A stretch of DNA of 64,000 nt from Phoronis australis (Eukaryota > Animalia > Phoronida): the NCBI GenBank assembly GCA_002633005.1, contig NMRA01000011.1, positions 1,376,555 to 1,440,554 of the forward strand, written 5' to 3'. Shown here piece after piece: positions 1 through 13,309 of this stretch; the first letter of the stretch is position 1; every line of letters begins with the position of its first letter. Made by a program: the position numbers and the translations under genes. The notes under the pieces were generated by a model that was given only the letters and a program-made list of their open reading frames with translations, had not been told where the DNA came from and ran no database searches.

Positions 1-3000
1 TCAAATGTTGTTATTTAAATAATTTCAGTAAATGTTTCAAGTACCGTTGCTTTCATTTTTTGTAATCTCTTTTCATATAACAAGTTGCATGCGCGAACCC
101 AGGGGGGGGGGGGGGGNCCATTTGGCGAAGTGGGCAAAAGGTCCGCCTCAGGGAAACGACATTCCGAGAAAACAAGACAAAAGTCAACTAAAAAGACGCA
201 GACGCACAGTTAAGTTCTGAAGGTGACACCCCGTTTTTTATAGTCCTCTCGCTTTTTTTCAGCAAAAGGTCCACATCGCCAGAAATTCGAGCACCCCGAT
301 ATTAAAGGCTGGGTGCACGCATGAGTTGTTGGATTTAAAAATGTTTCTTTACAGAACACTTGCAACCTAACGCGCAAGTACAATACATATAGGATGTGAT
401 CCGCCACGTGAACAGTCTGAGTGAAGTATTTAAAAAATCTGCCGAAATCATGAAAAAACTATGAATTCGAAGCGTACCTCGATTGGCGTACATGAAGTAA
501 TATCCCATCTACTGCACTCTCGGTTCGTTCTGTCCAAGAATTGAACATTTTGATTTAGCCCGCTTACAGCAATAAAATTGATCTCAATCTGTTACTAACT
601 CAAATGTGAACTTATTTGCAAAGAACTGAAAGTTTGTTATTCGTTCAGAATATGCTCGGGGAATTAAATTATAGGATGTGAGTGGAGAACTTATTTTGGT
701 GTCATGGAATTGGCGAGCCCTCAGTTGTTTTGAAACACAGAAATCGCATTTATTTCAATTGGCCAATTTTGGGTAACTTTGGTGTATCATATCTCAGAAA
801 TGGCTGATGTAATTAAATTTTCAGATGCTACGCTTTATGTCTGAACTCTTTTCTCAAATTTGTTAGAAATTGTTCTTTAAATCTTCCACTTTTGGATGAG
901 TAGCTATCAAAAAGATTTTTTAAGAAAACGATTTGCCTAAAACGAAAACGAAGTGTTAATTAAGAAAACTACAACAGCATTTCTGATATTTATTTTTGAA
1001 CATTCATATCAAACAAAATATTTTGGTCTTGTTACAGGTAAGCGTACATTTGTTTTGCTTTTGCTACCAATGCACATTTCTGTTTGGTATTAAGTCAAAA
1101 CTCAAACTCTACAAGTCTTCTGCGTTAAAGAAATGTTTACATTTACTGAGATGAATTTTACAGTTCTGTACACACTTGACTAAATGCACACAGGCTTGTC
1201 GACAAGGTCTTATATATTCAGGACTAACTTTGTCCGACAAGGGTAGCAGTTGTGTTGTCATAACCAAACAAGTAACCGTGAGGTGGCGCTTGAGGCTTTA
1301 TGTGCTTTATCTTCGATTCATATTGATAATTCATGTGAAATTCAGTTAATGAAACAAACGTCACATTTTCCCCAAACATCAAGTTTTATTTTTTCATGAA
1401 ATGACGGACAAAATGGAATTTCTTTTGAAGCATATGGCATGTTATGTATGAGATGAAGGTTCAAAGAATACAACATCTTCAGTCTAAAGAAAGCTTCACT
1501 CACCGCACTAAAACGCCTAGGAATGTATTCTCATCTGGTTTTTTTATCAGACATTACATTAGTACCCGAGACTATGGCTACAATATATCATTGCATCATT
1601 GTCATTAAAACAGGTATTCGTGTATCTGTCATACCCCAAAATATCGTAATAGTAGAATAATTCATTCGCCATTTGGGAACTAATTATGTAACTACCTGTG
1701 TTGCATGCCTAAAACTAATCTTTTAGATGAGTAATAGAAGACTAAGTTAACAGCAGTAAGTAATGAAAACTAAAACAAACAACTTTTTCACTTAAAGAGG
1801 CCTGAAACGCGATAAACAAACTAAATTGCAATAATGAAAGTCGTTCTCTGCCACTGAAATAGAATTCAACCTGCTCACCAGGCATTTTTAGGCATTTTCG
1901 TAGATTTTTAATTTCTGTTGATATCAAAACATGTTCCTTTAATTTCAAATTTCAAAAAAAAAAACAATCTGTCAACTGCTTGCCACTTCATCGATTTTTC
2001 ACCCACGAGGCAAAGCACGTCTCTTTATATCGTATGGCAAGAGAAAGACTTCAAATAACTGACTCTGGGCGCATGCGCGCATTTATTATAAGTGGAATGG
2101 ACATTAGAAACTCTGTGGTAACATTTGCGCGTACTTCGTGAATTTTGCGATTGTTTGCTGGAAATTTCCTCACAGGGAAAGTGAATTACTCTCCTTGCGA
2201 GATGGTACTTCCGTCAGGAATTGCTTAAAAGATATTTTTGACGAGCTTTCGCGTTTCGTGCCTGTTTAAGACGGATCCATAGCAGTTAAAATATTTGTGA
2301 ACACAAAATTTTCGGCAATAGAGCCATATACGTGTAAACCAGCTCCTAGCTGTATATAATTGCGATTGTTGAGCTACGATCAAATCATCTGTCTCTTGTT
2401 CTCATCTACGTGTGCCGCTCGACAGGATTGTGGATTACCACATGTAGACGTTTGTTTCTACTGCAATACATTAGAATCATTTGTTGCTTGACCATTTTGT
2501 CACGATTTTCATATTTTTGTTTTAGATCGCCTCGTGAAACCAATTCTCTTCGAGTTTCCTCTTGCTTCTCTTACACTTTGATGGAATTCTAAAGACGCCG
2601 GGGTTGGGTACTCCAAGGGAAGTATTGACTTCGTTGCTGACGCCCATTATTTTACTCGTTATCCCGCCTGAAAGAAAATTTACACGAGTGATGGGAAATT
2701 TTTGATATAGAATTCAGTTATAATCACTAAGATAATAACACTACAACTTCATTTTTTTGGAAGAAACTTCCACTTCCTCGTGGCTGAGAGTACTTTTATG
2801 TCACCGCAAATGCACTAGCAATATACATGTGCATGTAGACCGCCACAACGACTAAACTAGACAGTAACTTCTGGCACAACAGAAACTTGAGTGAACAAGA
2901 ATGGCGTTTGGGCACGTTGGGCAAATATGTCATGTGACCATAAACTGGACCAAGTAAACTAGTGAGCACAGAATACCGCTGGTATAACACCACACAGAGT

Positions 3001-5189
3001 AATCCAGAACCGAAATAAAATCTCCACCACTTTCATAGGTAACCTAATTTAAACATTGTGTAGCAATGGTTGCTTCCGAGGGTTTCCAGCGAGCTATATC
3101 AGCTGATTTTTTCTTCCTTACTTCAGTAGTACTGCGGCATAACGTATGTGAAAACCTTAAATTGGTCAAGTTTATTGTGATGCAAGAGTTATGTTATTAG
3201 CCACGTCAAAGATGCGCAGTCTGCAGTCCAATAAAAGAGTCAACGGACTTCTGCGTACGGCTACAGGAGTTCACCGGGTACACTTAAAATACATAACACA
3301 ACCTCGCAAACGTTTGCGTGTTCTAGCCAACTTTGCAATGTACTATTCTCAGGTCCATGGTTAGTCCCCAGTGACGAATTACCTACGCTCCAAAACAAGC
3401 AAGAACAACCCAGCCCACTGAGCCGTGTGCATTGCCTAGAGCTCAGATTCGAAAGACGTCCAGTGCTTAACATCCTCACTAAGTTGAACAATGCTGGTAA
3501 ACACACAAAGTAAGCCAACAATGCTCTCCTCAATACCAACCCACCCACTATCTTCCATCTTGATTCTTCAATAGTTTTGGAGGATAGGCAGGCGGGTGAA
3601 AAATAGACACAAAAACACTTGCTAAATTTAAACGTGACATGCAAAAAATGTTGAACAGATACGGAGAGAACGTGTTACACGTATACGGTATGATTTTGAG
3701 TTTTAAGTTTTCAATAAAGTACATCCGAAATTACAACTTAGAGGTTGCAAAAGAAATTCCTACATTGACCCGCAAGCTTTGGAGAAAAATGGTAAGAAAC
3801 AGGATCGAGTGTACTGAATTGATTGACAGGCACATGGTCTCCGAAACTTTGCTAACCCTTTGTGTATTTCGAAGAGTCAATAAAAGGTCTAAGGTAAACA
3901 TTCATTTTATCAAGGTCCATTTTGGAAACGTCCATTTTATTAAGACCACTTTGCAAAGGCGAAGTACCTGGTTTCCTGATGCACTGCGTTACGGACTGTT
4001 TCAAAATCCCGTATTGAAACACGAGTTTCCAAAAGCTGCCTCGTGGGGGAGAGGTTCATCAACCGTTGTCAAAACACAACAGGATTATTCGAGGTCGGTC
4101 CAAAATCATCTAGTGTATATACAATCTGCTGTTTGGATTTAGATGACGAAATTTACCCCAAAAGTCCATTGAAGCATTATCACATTCGTGCAAGATTAGC
4201 TTTTAACTGTCACAAAGTAGTCTATGAATCGATCGATTTCCGTAGACCCATGAACATAAAAATCCGAAGTCTCTGAGCCTTCACACGTCAACAAATTAAA
4301 ATAATCTTGACATGTTGGGCGGTCATATGACAATACAAATAAAAACTGAAACCGTTGTCTTATGAGTAGGAGCACATACGACATTATTCGTGACGAATTG
4401 GCTGATAGAGAGGAGGACCCCCCAAAAAAATCGAAAATTGGCCACTAGGTGGCGCAGAATACGTCGCATTCATCTGAAAACGATAAGGTGTCGTCGCCTT
4501 TATATAGAAACCTATTCACTATATTTCATAAAATTCCGTCAAAAAACTCACGAGATACAGATAAAATATAAAAAACATTATAAATGCCATTCTTTAAGGG
4601 GCCGAGAAGTAGTCATTGGTTGACGCGTTCATAGAAATACACTTGGCTTGCCAAATGTAACAAAGATCCTGCCAGGAGTTCATAAGATAATGTACTTCTG
4701 CGGATGCAAAAAACAAAACTCTCCTAAAGGGGGCGTCACAGTAGTCGAAGCCGTCTGCAAATGATCATCGACCTTGCTTTTCTCAGTAGGAACACATACC
4801 GTGTACGCCATGATGGGCTCACACATACACTGTACATGTATGTGTGCGTATATACACTTCTTACCAAAGCTCGCGCTGGATGTCCATATTGACTGGATCG
4901 GGATGCAGGATTCCCTCTCGAGGTTCCAATGCATTTCAAAAGTTTTATTAAATTTTGTGGAAGGTGGCTTCTGCAGTGTGAATGCATCGTAAACAAAACT
5001 GCCATTTTTCATGAACGAATAGGAGCCTGTATACTGGAAACCTACAATGAAAAGAAAAGATATCCAATGGAGGTTTTGTGTTGTGTCAACAGCTATATTC
5101 CGAAATACTGCTGTCTTTCAGAGATAGTTACCCACAATGCTGCGTGTATGGACACTCGTTTTTATTACTCACAAATATATCGCAATTTT

Positions 5190-6765
5190 ACTTCAAAAGT
5201 CAGGAAAACAATGGAAGTGTCTCATAGGCGATAACCATGCGACGCCCTTACGCCGTCACGTGGATCGCAAAATTAAACAATGCCGTGCCACCTCCATACC
5301 ACGTCATTTGGCGGGAAATGCTCTATCATTCTCACACTATCGGTTAAAGCGGCATTAAACCCATGCATTCTGTCAAAAACAAGTTTCGATCTTGGTCAAT
5401 TACCCTTATAAATTTGGTGAACGGCAAGATGATCATACGCGACTGATGTCTGACACTCTATCGTGAGCAAATGGTTCTATTGCTCGGGAGCTTTTTTAGA
5501 TTTCTGAACTAAAACTGAAAGTAGTAAATATCTTTAACTCCTCTCATTGAAATGCATGGTTCTATTGACGAAAGTCGTTCTTAGAAACAGAAACACTTTA
5601 AATGACCTTATCTTACCTGGAAGGCAACGGTCCGTTTCTTCTAGTATTCGCAATTGTGTGCACTTTCCCATAACGATAAAATAGCCAACTTTCTGAAAAT
5701 AGTAAAGCGTGCGTATTATACAAAAAGGTGTCGATCAAATGTATTTCCCTTTGGAGCACATTTAAGAATCACGTAATGGTGATGTCGCTATTCTACAGAT
5801 GGCAACCAAATCACGCGATAAGCAAACTTGTGTACTTGTGACAAGAAACAGACATTCATAGGACTTACAAAACAACGCTAAGAATCTTAACATTGAGATT
5901 TTATCGAGCTAAAAACATCCAGACCAGACGACATCAACACGAAGATGGAAGGCACAGAGTGAATGTGGAGATCATTGCCGAGAAATTCTACAATCAATTG
6001 TGAAATACGTCAATTTCAAACGTTCGTGGGAGCCCTTCAACATTTCTGTTGGGGATGAAAACAACACTGACCGTGCTTTTTTAGAACGAATTAAAAATTC
6101 CATTAAAAACAATTTATTCTAGAATTCTGTTCAATTTCGCCAAACCTCTCTATAATGGATCATAAAACCCCATTAACCCGCTGCAATGGAGATTTTGCAG
6201 GATTCTATCCGATGGCTGTGGATTTAGTCAAAACACTGTGCATTTCAGGTCAGCAGAAGTAGAACGTGAATAGAACTTCCAGTCTGGCATAAGTTGGGCC
6301 ACGTGACCATGTTTTTTTAGTAAAATATAGCAAAAAAGAAGATATATCGTTTACAAAACCACAATTCTTGATTAATATGAATACTCAACATGACTACTCA
6401 AAAACGCTGTTATAGTTTTCTAAATCATCACTTCGCTTTCTATTTGTTTTAGGCAACTTTTAATTTTTTTTATGAAAATCATAAACTTCGAATTTTTGAT
6501 ACCCTCATACATCAGTAGAGCATTTTAATACAATCGCTGTGAAGGTTTGGAGAAGGGTGGTTAAAACAGGATCTGAATTAGATCCGTATGAATCCAATAA
6601 CCCATCTATAATATATGGCGTTAGAAGTTGGACAAATTTGAAATTTTTCTAGCCTAAGGGTACTACACAACATTACAATACACTTTCCTGCATCAGCTCC
6701 CAAACTGTTCTGGATCAACGCCGTGACAATTCCACGAATCTTGAACCGACTAAACGGTGTATGTT
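5190..6765. repeat. Dispersed repeat, diverged second copy at ~50150-51120
   Basis: Collinear shared blocks, e.g. ggaaaacaatggaagtgt, attaaacccatgcattctgtca, cttacctggaag, ctaaacggtgtatg. Confidence 0.75.
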
Positions 6766-7146
6766 ATAGCGGAGTTGCAGCTGAATCGATTTAACGATTG
6801 CGCATGTCCGGATACTAGGCAGCGCAAAGCTTACATCGATTGATAGAGGTAACGCAGACGACTGATCTTGGCGGCATGCGGGCCTGAGCATGATAAATAT
6901 CTGGAAGTCCTAATAAATATATAGCATAAAAATGCATCTACATTTATAGTGTTAGTTGTGGCAAATCGTGAATTTGATCTTCCAGTTTTGTAAAGAAAAG
7001 TAGCAATCAGAGCATTCTCATTCTTCACGAAACTTGAAAAAGTCGGCAGGGCCCATCGGCATTAATTCAAAATTGGCACCAATTTTGACTGAACAATATT
7101 TCCGGACTTGTTAAAAGAACTATTCCGTACAAATGGACCCGTTTAC

Positions 7147-9928
7147 CACCGTTTTTCAACGTCGTGGTTTCACAACGGACAGGCGCAACTTGTATCCGAA
7201 CAGAAGAGCTCTCTTTTATGTACGTGCCGTGCTCACGCAGGGATGACTTGAGGTCCGGGCCGGATTCAATCTTCACAATTCAGACTCGAATTCAAGATTT
7301 CCTTCTGATCAAAATCTTATTCATGTTAGCTTTGACTAGTTTCGCTCTACAACAAAATGAAGAAAAGGACGCAACATAGCAGACACGGAATACAGAACAC
7401 AGAACTGGTGGTTAGCTGTACGATAACCACCTTCTTATTAGAGGGGTGTGGAAAAGCGCTTGTTGGGAGCAGCGACGCTGTTTTTGTACGATTATCTTTT
7501 TTTGGAATCACACGAGTGTTTATCCTGGCACAATGATACTTTTGCCGTGACGTTATTGGATCTGTTTGTGCACGTACGTTTGCCGATTTAGACGATGCTT
7601 CAACATCGCCTGTATAATGCTATTAGTTCAGCTTGTGAATGCAACTAAAGTTTCGTTTCAAGTAAAAGTGGATTAGAGTCTAGTCCTTGGTCTACTTCGA
7701 TGGATGTACGTCACAGACGTTTTTTCAGGTAAACCCATTGTCACAATTCGTCGCATATTTTACCAACGTGCACTTCACTGTCAAAATGAAGTTCGCTACA
7801 AATGGGCGCAACAATGATTGGCACCAGTTTCAAACTGGGTTGCCGGAGATGATTCAGGACATACGTTTCGCGTATAGAGTACCCAACGACGTCATTGCGA
7901 TAGGTGTACACCAAACCACCCTACGGTTTGGGGGCAGATGTGTGCGTGAACACATGGGTCCCTTGCTTGCTTACCCACTGAACATTACATTTTAAGTCCA
8001 GCTTAAGCAGGTGATATTTTCTTTGTCACTTCTTCATTTCTTAACCAAGTTTTTGGTAGTGCGACATGGCTCTTGTTTACATACAGAAAGTTGATTCTTC
8101 ACTTTTGGGAACTCCTCTTGTTCACTTTAATTTATTATTAATCTCATACTATCAACAATTTCGTTACTTTTTTAAACAATATCCTACAGGCTGCAATCAT
8201 TGCCATATAGTTAACACTAGCTGTGCTTTACTTTTCTCAACAATATCCAACAGGATGCTATCCTTGCCATCTAGTAAACACTAGCTGTGCTCGTAGGTCA
8301 AGACTGCAGCTAGTCTGCTATATCCGGTTCCACTTTCCATGTCCCAGACGCAGAATCAACGTGGAGAATGCTCAGGTTTGCCGAGTCCTGGTTAAACAAA
8401 ATATCTTATTCGTAATCCTCCCTCAACCGTGAAGTGCTTATTGTTAATTCTTCCAGGGGAACATTGTAAGACAGTCTTCAAGATAAGTTTTCTTATGTTC
8501 CAAAATCACGAGCGCTGCCTCCTCCATGCCCCGAGGTACCTGGAGAGAATTCATTAAACCACCCTTTGCTTTCAGTCATACCAATGTTTTTGACCCATTT
8601 TTACGAAGTTCTTGATCCCGGCAATTCGTTAGAATAGCTAAATTTTTCTTATCTCGCTGTTCGCTGTTATTAAAGGAGCCAGGCACACAACATATTTGTT
8701 AACTGAAGGATACCTCTATACCCACAATGCAAGACTCTTACCCCATCTCCAATATGGCGCGGTTGAAACTCCGCTATTTCATAACTGTCGTAAATGTAAA
8801 TACTCACGGCGATCAAGTCGACGACGTATCTTCGCACGAACCTACGGCCCGAAACGGTGATTACTTGTTTTCCAGCTTGACGACCTTTGTCGAAGTCAAT
8901 TGCGTAGACATTCGTAGCCTATAATGAAAACTGGATTTTACACATTTCGAATACACAGCAAATCACTTCATTTTGATGACAGAGTAAGACAGTTCCTTGT
9001 AAACTGGTCACAAATAAACGTCGTGGATTGGACCCTCTCCATCTGGACGCAAGCCAAATAGGTTCGCAGGAAACGAGCAAATTATCGAGCAAATGGTGAC
9101 ACTGTGTTTGTGACTTTCTTACATTGAATATAAGCAAGAATTAAATAATTATCCTAAAAACTAACTCGAGGGACGAATAATCTGCACAAACGCTTATAAT
9201 ACGTCCATGTCTGTGGGAGAGGTAAACAGACGATTGTAGCCGGGTATACTTGGGCACGCGGAGCGGGCGAATGAAGCTACAGTGATGATCGAAAATAGCT
9301 TCCCGTTAAGCGCGCTTCAGGCTCAGTCAGACCTAGGGTGATCTTCAACCGCAGTGAGGCCAGGCTTCACCTGGACGAGCTCTGAACTCGGTTAGGTTGA
9401 GGCTCAACTTGAAGTCCCAGTAGCACACTCCTATTTAACCCTTATTAAATGGTTAGAAGAATTATAAGGAAACACGCAGTACCTATCCCATAACCAATAT
9501 ACAATGTGTTGTCGAATAAACTTTAAACAAACGCGCCACTCACGAGTCAAACCCTAAGAACACACCGCCATTTTGAACTAACCGCGAAACCGGAAGTACA
9601 ATTCATTCAGGAACTCAGGCTTAAGAGCGCCAACAGTGCGACTAGAGCAGTGTATGTTACCAGCCTGCAAACGGGGATAAGACAATCTACAGCGGACCTT
9701 AACTTTAATAAAAACAAAATAGGGACAATTTGTTTCGAAATTGTTGACAAAACCTGGCAAAATAAAGTTTGTCAGAAATTATTTTACTAGACTCGAACAT
9801 GCAGCTGATGACTCGGTGCTGACCGATCGAGACCACTGCACTGGCGAAAGGCGAAGGCATTCCGTGCCCGGTTGTTTTACCAGAACAAATGGTGAAATCA
9901 CGAATTCCATATAGATACAAACATACAT
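7147..9928 (-). pseudogene. Decayed ependymin-related gene C (exons ~9928-9788, 8918-8808, 7920-7865, 7304-7147; possible last exon ~5900-6046)
   Basis: Exon 2 is 111 nt, phase 0/0, like gene A exon 2 and aligns without gaps. The exon 1 candidate has ECLRLSPVQWS. The exon 4 candidate has SSSVRIQVAPVRCETTTLKNG, resembling TTTVYIALDAETCIPVTSVNTG, but has two upstream in-frame TGAs. Confidence 0.55.
8808..8918 (-). CDS. EPDR-like gene C exon 2
   Basis: ttttcattatag|GCT...GCC|gtgagt. ATNVYAIDFDKGRQAGKQVITVSGRRFVRRYVVDLIA aligns with gene A ITGTMSTDVDKMRAGGSQQITVGQYTVSQKYVADYKE. Confidence 0.78.
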
Positions 9929-11298
9929 GTAGTTTCAGACGCTTGCACAGACTAGTCACAGTCCTGTGCCAACGATTGAATGGCTAGGTCACCTACGGTG
10001 GGCTAGGCTAAGCGTGTTTTACTGGGTGTAATTATCTCTGGTAAACAAACAGTATAAACAGAGCAACGAACATGCATTATCAAAGCAATGGAATAAAACT
10101 GCTATACAATTATAATATCTTGACCATTAAACTTTCGAAAATATCGGCAGTGGTCTCCCCGACTTCAGTTACAGCTGGTCGGTTGACTTCCAACAAATAA
10201 CAATGAATGACAGAATATCATATGGTAGCAAAATAAGTTAAGGAAGATACCTTGCCATGGTGCCCAATGGTGTGACATAAAATATAAGCATTAATGAGTT
10301 TAAAATAAAAGGAACAATTCTCACTTAGCCAGAAACATTCGTTTTAGCTGCTACCCGGCGTAGTCGGTGGGCCAGATCTCACAGCGTTCATTCTTGTGAG
10401 TACTTTGGGGGGGGGGGGGNAACCTAGATTTTATATATGGCTAGATATTATACAAATAAATCAAATTCCAGAAAGTTCCCACGTCTACACTTGCACATTT
10501 TTTTGAAAAAAAGGTGTTTTTGTTGCACAAAATATTATGCACACTCCTGCCACTCGGTGGCGATTTTCAGAGAGCCAGATTGTATTATTGTGCTTAGTTA
10601 CTTCAATATGGCAGCTCCCATGGAGTGTGATGCCTGTATAATTCAAGGTTTATCAAACAGCACAAAATTGTGATGCCAGGACCTGAAGAAGCTTAGAGAA
10701 GCATCCTGACGAAAGCTGATGGACTGTGGAACTCTGTAGATCAGTAGATCAAAAAGATCAGTGAAGAGGCGTCACAAACGTTTGTGCAGAAAACAACTGC
10801 ATGTCCTGAGTAATACAGTATACATTCAGTACTTAGGTATCAGCAATGGTAATTAAATTAAAGTGCCTAAGAGGCCAGCGTCCTCCTCGTAATTTGAGGA
10901 CGTTTGAAGCCACTGTCCATTTCGTCAAATGTTGATTACCTTAAAAGAGACCTGAACCACATGTTTAAGCATTTTAGTATGAATTTTGAAAATATAAAGG
11001 TTGGTTACAGGCATCCACATATTCCTAAGTAGAGCACACTATATTTCTTTTTTACTTTGAAAAGTAAAAATTTATTAGTTCCATAAAGCCCCACTGCAAG
11101 CGCTATTTTTCAAGACGTCACTGAGGCTATACAGCACAAAGAGATATAGGTCATTAGCCGGGCGAGTACGTAGTACAGTCGACAGATCAACATGTGCATA
11201 CTCACAACCTTTTTCGTTTTTATTTTGCCTAACCAGCCAGCTAACTGTATGATTTCTATCTTCAAAATACAACTAGTTATCAGTAGCACTGTGTGTTG

Positions 11299-12159
11299 CA
11301 GTGGTGGATCTAGGATATCACAAGGGGGGGGCCAACATTTTGTCCGGCTGTAAACATTTGCGCAAACTGAACCACGATTGTAGTTGCGCATAGCACCGAA
11401 TGGGGAGAGGTCGGGAGGGGGGTTTGCCCCCCTCCCGCCCAGGAAATTTTTCTGTTTTTACCTCTAAAAATCAAGTATTTTCCTTTATTCCTGAAGTATT
11501 ATCCAAGAAAAAAAGGCAAAAAAAACACACGGAGAACGTGTCAAACAGGAAAAACTACAAGTACCAAAGACTCGAACTCACGACCTTGCGCATAGAGCGC
11601 GCGTGCGTTACCACTACACCACCACGATTTCACTACTACTCTCACACTAAGAGACCTACTTGTTTATGGTCCACAGCGTTTGCGCGCGAAACCTACTTCT
11701 TTTTGTAATGCTTATTACACGTTTTGTGCCATCGATTTTTAACAAATTTGTCGTATTTAAAATAGTCTTTAAATGCCCAAAAGACCAAATCCGTTTTTCG
11801 TTGTGGCAATAATGACCGGATTGCTTTGGAAATCGTCTTAACATAAAGTTTGACAAAGAGAGTATTGCGAGTTTCTGAGTGATTCATTAAGGCTTCGATT
11901 AAAATTCCCATCTTACCAGCAGCTTCTGGTTTTTCATCGTCACTCAGGTTCCATTTTCTTTAAAAAATGAAGTAAATTTTCTTCATTGCACAGTGGAGCA
12001 GACGACGGAAGCTGAGTCGTAGTGCGCAGCGCCACTGCCGGTCGCCTGGGATATCGCGGGAGAGCCTATACTTAACCATAATTCCGTTACGAATGCGCCG
12101 TGTTCCGAATTTGACACTTGAAANCGGGCCCCCTGGGCCCCCCCCTAAATCCGCCTATG
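11299..12159. mobile_element. MITE with CAGTGG(C/T)GGAT-type TIRs and 5-bp TSD (TGTTG); second copy 42209-43159
   Basis: TIR cagtggtggat / atccgcctatg flanked by tgttg on both sides; long near-collinear match to 42209-43159. Confidence 0.85.
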
Positions 12160-13309
12160 TGTTGAGCTCCTTTAAGTCTCCGAAATTTCACATAGCCCGG
12201 ATAGTTCTGCTTGTCACCTCGTCGCGAAACTTATATCAACATGTAGAGTTCTAAACCGGCAGAGGAGCGTGCAAATAACTGGGTGTCAACTGACACTCAC
12301 CTTGCCCGCTGGATCCATTTAGGTGAGAAACAATCTAGTAAACATTTTATTTCATATTTCTCAGGCTTTTGTAACAAAGAAAACAGTGCGCTCAACACAC
12401 GTTGTTTCCTAAAATTTTGCGACATCTGTCGGGAAATGATGACAGCTTCGCAGGAGCAAATTTTTTTTTCATGAATTTCGGTTTCCTGGTAATAAAATTC
12501 TAAAAACTTGTAAGGAAATGAAATCAGCGCTAGTAATTTGTTGTGACATGAACTTCGAAGAACAATTCGATCGCTTGGAAGAAAAACAACTCGGGGAACG
12601 AAACTGGCCAATAAGGGCAACAGGTGACGGCGCCGAAAGCCGACCTTAAAGCACTCACATTTTAGCAGCAGAGTGAACGGCAGTCAATAATTTAGTTTAC
12701 TCAAGGAAAAAGTGTAATTTTTAATGACACTAATTTTGTGCCAGATTTTATTTGATCAGTATTTACCCACGTCGGTACAACGGCCGCTATATATTTACTA
12801 TACAGTTGCACCAAGGCAAGGCCACGCAGTCGGGGCCCTTTCTTGGCCGCGTGCCGAGAACGGCATCGTTCCACTAATAATAGTCTACACTATACGGCAT
12901 TAAACTTGTATTACGAAGTTTTGAGAGCCGAGATTGCAGACGAATTATACACATTAAGCACAGTTCTGTAGCCGAGAGGCATTCACCCAATGAGCTATAT
13001 ACCTGTACATAATAAGCTTGATTTAGCTTACTGCCTTCACCCACGGTACAGTCTCAGTGACGTCAGACGCGTGTTAGCCAATAGGAACTAACATTGGAAA
13101 AACGTTTTTTTACAAAAATGTGAAAAAATTACAAAGATGTGGTTTCTGAGAGTTTATTCATTAATTAAATTACATTAAAAATGCATGTTATTGTACTTCA
13201 TGAACCTTTTAAGTGTAAATCGATTGACTGTAGAATGAGCATCTGATTTAAAAAAATAAATTTCGATCACTGCACTGGTATATCAGTTGATTTATTTTGA
13301 GTTGCATCA

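Noticed and set aside
3261-4276. ORFs of 127, 167 and 77 aa; an exon-like + strand segment ~3352-3495; faint SWIM-finger resemblance at 4043-4200
   Set aside because: No recognisable domain, key Cys/His spacing missing, and no partner exons found
6680-6790. GVDPEQF as the EPDR gene C terminal exon
   Set aside because: It needs frameshifts and lies within a repeat shared with the 51-kb region
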